Assembly (NCBI GenBank): GCA_963758525.1 | Contig: CAVWVQ010000005.1 | Coordinates: forward strand, 298,471 to 362,470 | Source: an uncultured Phycisphaerales bacterium | GTDB taxonomy: Bacteria > Planctomycetota > Phycisphaerae > Tepidisphaerales > Tepidisphaeraceae | Direction: 5' to 3' | Length of the DNA stretch: 64,000 bases | Part shown: one piece after another, positions 62,529 to 64,000 of the stretch | How positions within the stretch are numbered: position 1 is the stretch's first letter | How the letters are laid out: each line of letters starts with the position of its first letter | The notes under the pieces: model-generated | What the model saw: the letters and a program-made list of their open reading frames with translations, nothing else | Told to the model about the DNA's origin: nothing | The model's database searches: none | Position numbers and translations under genes: made by a program

Positions 62529-62603
62529 ACGTTTACTCACCCTTCGCGCGCGTCTTTGTAGCACAGCCGTCCCGGCTGTGGCTTGGCATTCACAGCCGCA
62601 GAT

Positions 62604-63481
62604 CTATCTCACTGCCGGCGGATTGGCCCCCAGTTCGGTCATGGTCTTGTCAAAGAACTCGACGCACTTCGGCACCGCCGAGTGCAACGCGGCGATATCG
62701 CCATGCTCGTATTCGATCGAAACGTACCCCTTGTAGCCCTGATGAATGAGTTCCGCCAGGCAGGCTTTGGGATCGTTCTTGCCGGTGCCCCAAGGCACAT
62801 CGAGCGCGTTCTCCGCATATTCGTTGAGATCTTTGAAATGCAGATGCTCCACGCGCCCGTTCAGAAACTGAAGCTGATTCAACGGAATCCACCCGCGGCG
62901 CATCCAGTGGCCCAGATCCGAGCAGGAGCCGACGAGCTTGGAGTGGTCCTTCACCGCCTTCATCAGATCATCCGGCGGCCAACTGTGGGGATGATTGTGA
63001 AGGGCCATGCGAATGTTGTATTCGTTGCACAGCTTGTCGAGCAGATCGGTCGGCGCGGTTTCCGTCACCAGCACCGCAATGCCCATCTTCTTTGCCCAGT
63101 CGAAGGTCTTCCGCGCCCCGCCTCGTCCGTCGGGATTGCGTCAACGCCGTAGGCGATCAGCTTGATGTCGGAATCGGCCAGCTTCTTCAGCACCTCGTCG
63201 CACTGCGCATCGCTCATCTCGCGACCCACAGTCTCCTTCGAATCCGGCTTCATCGCCTGCCCCGGATACATTTCCACGTATTTGATCCCATACTTTTTGG
63301 CGGTGTCCACCGTGGAGAAGAAACTGATCTGCCGAAAAGTCCAGCATTGGAGCGACAGCTTGATCCCCAGCTTTTCCGAAGCCGAGTCGTCGCGCGCAGC
63401 CCCAGGCGCCTCCTCACCCCGGCACAACTGCATCATTCCAAAGAGAGACGACATCAACACCCCGCAGATCAATCGTTTCAT
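62604..63481 (-). CDS. Exported sugar-phosphate isomerase/epimerase (TIM barrel, AP-endonuclease-2 family); apparent 1-nt deletion near 63117
   Basis: Signal peptide, LSLQCWTF, VEMYPG, ALHNH, DLGHW, HLHFKD, SIEYE; adding one G gives DEAGARKTFDWAK. Confidence 0.85.
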
Positions 63482-64000
63482 GAGCCTCCGTGTGGGTTCG
63501 CTCTGTTGTCAGGCCAGCGCGGCAACGTCGGCATTGAGCTGTGCGACGTCGAAACCTTCCGCCGTCTGTCCAGCCGTCAGGTATTCTTCGGTAAGGTTCG
63601 CTCATGTTTCCCCAAGGAAGATGAATGTCTGTTATGTTCCGAGAATCTTACATTGTGGCCGACGACGGTAAAAATTCAATCGCGCCCGCGTCAGCCGGCG
63701 CTCTCCGCTCTCAAATTGGGGCATCCCGCTGCTACATGAAAATGTAAAACCCATAAGTTCTATCGAGATAATGGATATATAAACTCAAAAAATCGCCGAA
63801 TCGAGGGCCGACTCGGCTCCAACCCGACCCCCGGCTCGCACGCCCAAGCCGCCGCGGCAAGCGCCAGAGCCCAGCCGCCCGCCCGCACCCGCAGCGGCGC
63901 CTTCGATCTGCCAGTCTAACTAATCAGCGGCCAGTGTACCGGACCGTGCCGCCCGCCGCGGGACGCACGCTTCAGGCGGGCCTCGCCTCCCAGCGGTACT

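Overview
Bacterial, GC-rich DNA, most likely from a planctomycete (Phycisphaerae/Tepidisphaerales-like). This is inferred from five proteins carrying the planctomycete LE.R.L[LFM]S extracellular motif and from a dcw cluster without ftsA/ftsZ. 1-9.3 kb: end of a Wzx/Wzy polysaccharide cluster (TPR protein, WbaP-type initiating transferase, flippase, three GT4s, polymerase, methyltransferase). 9.4-23.1 kb: a ~2,140-aa secreted FN3/lectin protein converging on five tandem paralogous beta-helix (pectin-lyase fold) genes. 23.3-38.5 kb: scpB, queA, a DUF58/transglutaminase/MoxR operon, a Calx-beta protein, a deaminase, a REP-associated tyrosine transposase (RAYT) with its REPs, serB, a decayed toxin-antitoxin (TA) pair and an LLM monooxygenase. 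38.5-58.5 kb: a minus-strand dcw cluster in circularly permuted order (murE-murF-mraY-[TA]-ftsW-murG-murC-murB-ddl-ftsQ-hyp-mraZ-rsmH-lysM-ftsL-GT-ftsI), with no murD, ftsA or ftsZ in the window. 58.8-64 kb: ABC transporter, hypothetical genes and a sugar-phosphate isomerase. The most striking unexplained signal is in the ~700-nt mraZ-rsmH spacer, whose transcribed strand carries a series of hairpins with GGA(U) loops, the architecture of CsrA/RsmA-binding RNAs. About 15 genes/sites, including essential genes, are split by apparent 1-2 nt deletions that look like long-read consensus errors. No tRNA, rRNA or CRISPR array was recognised. All calls come from reading the sequence; no searches were run.
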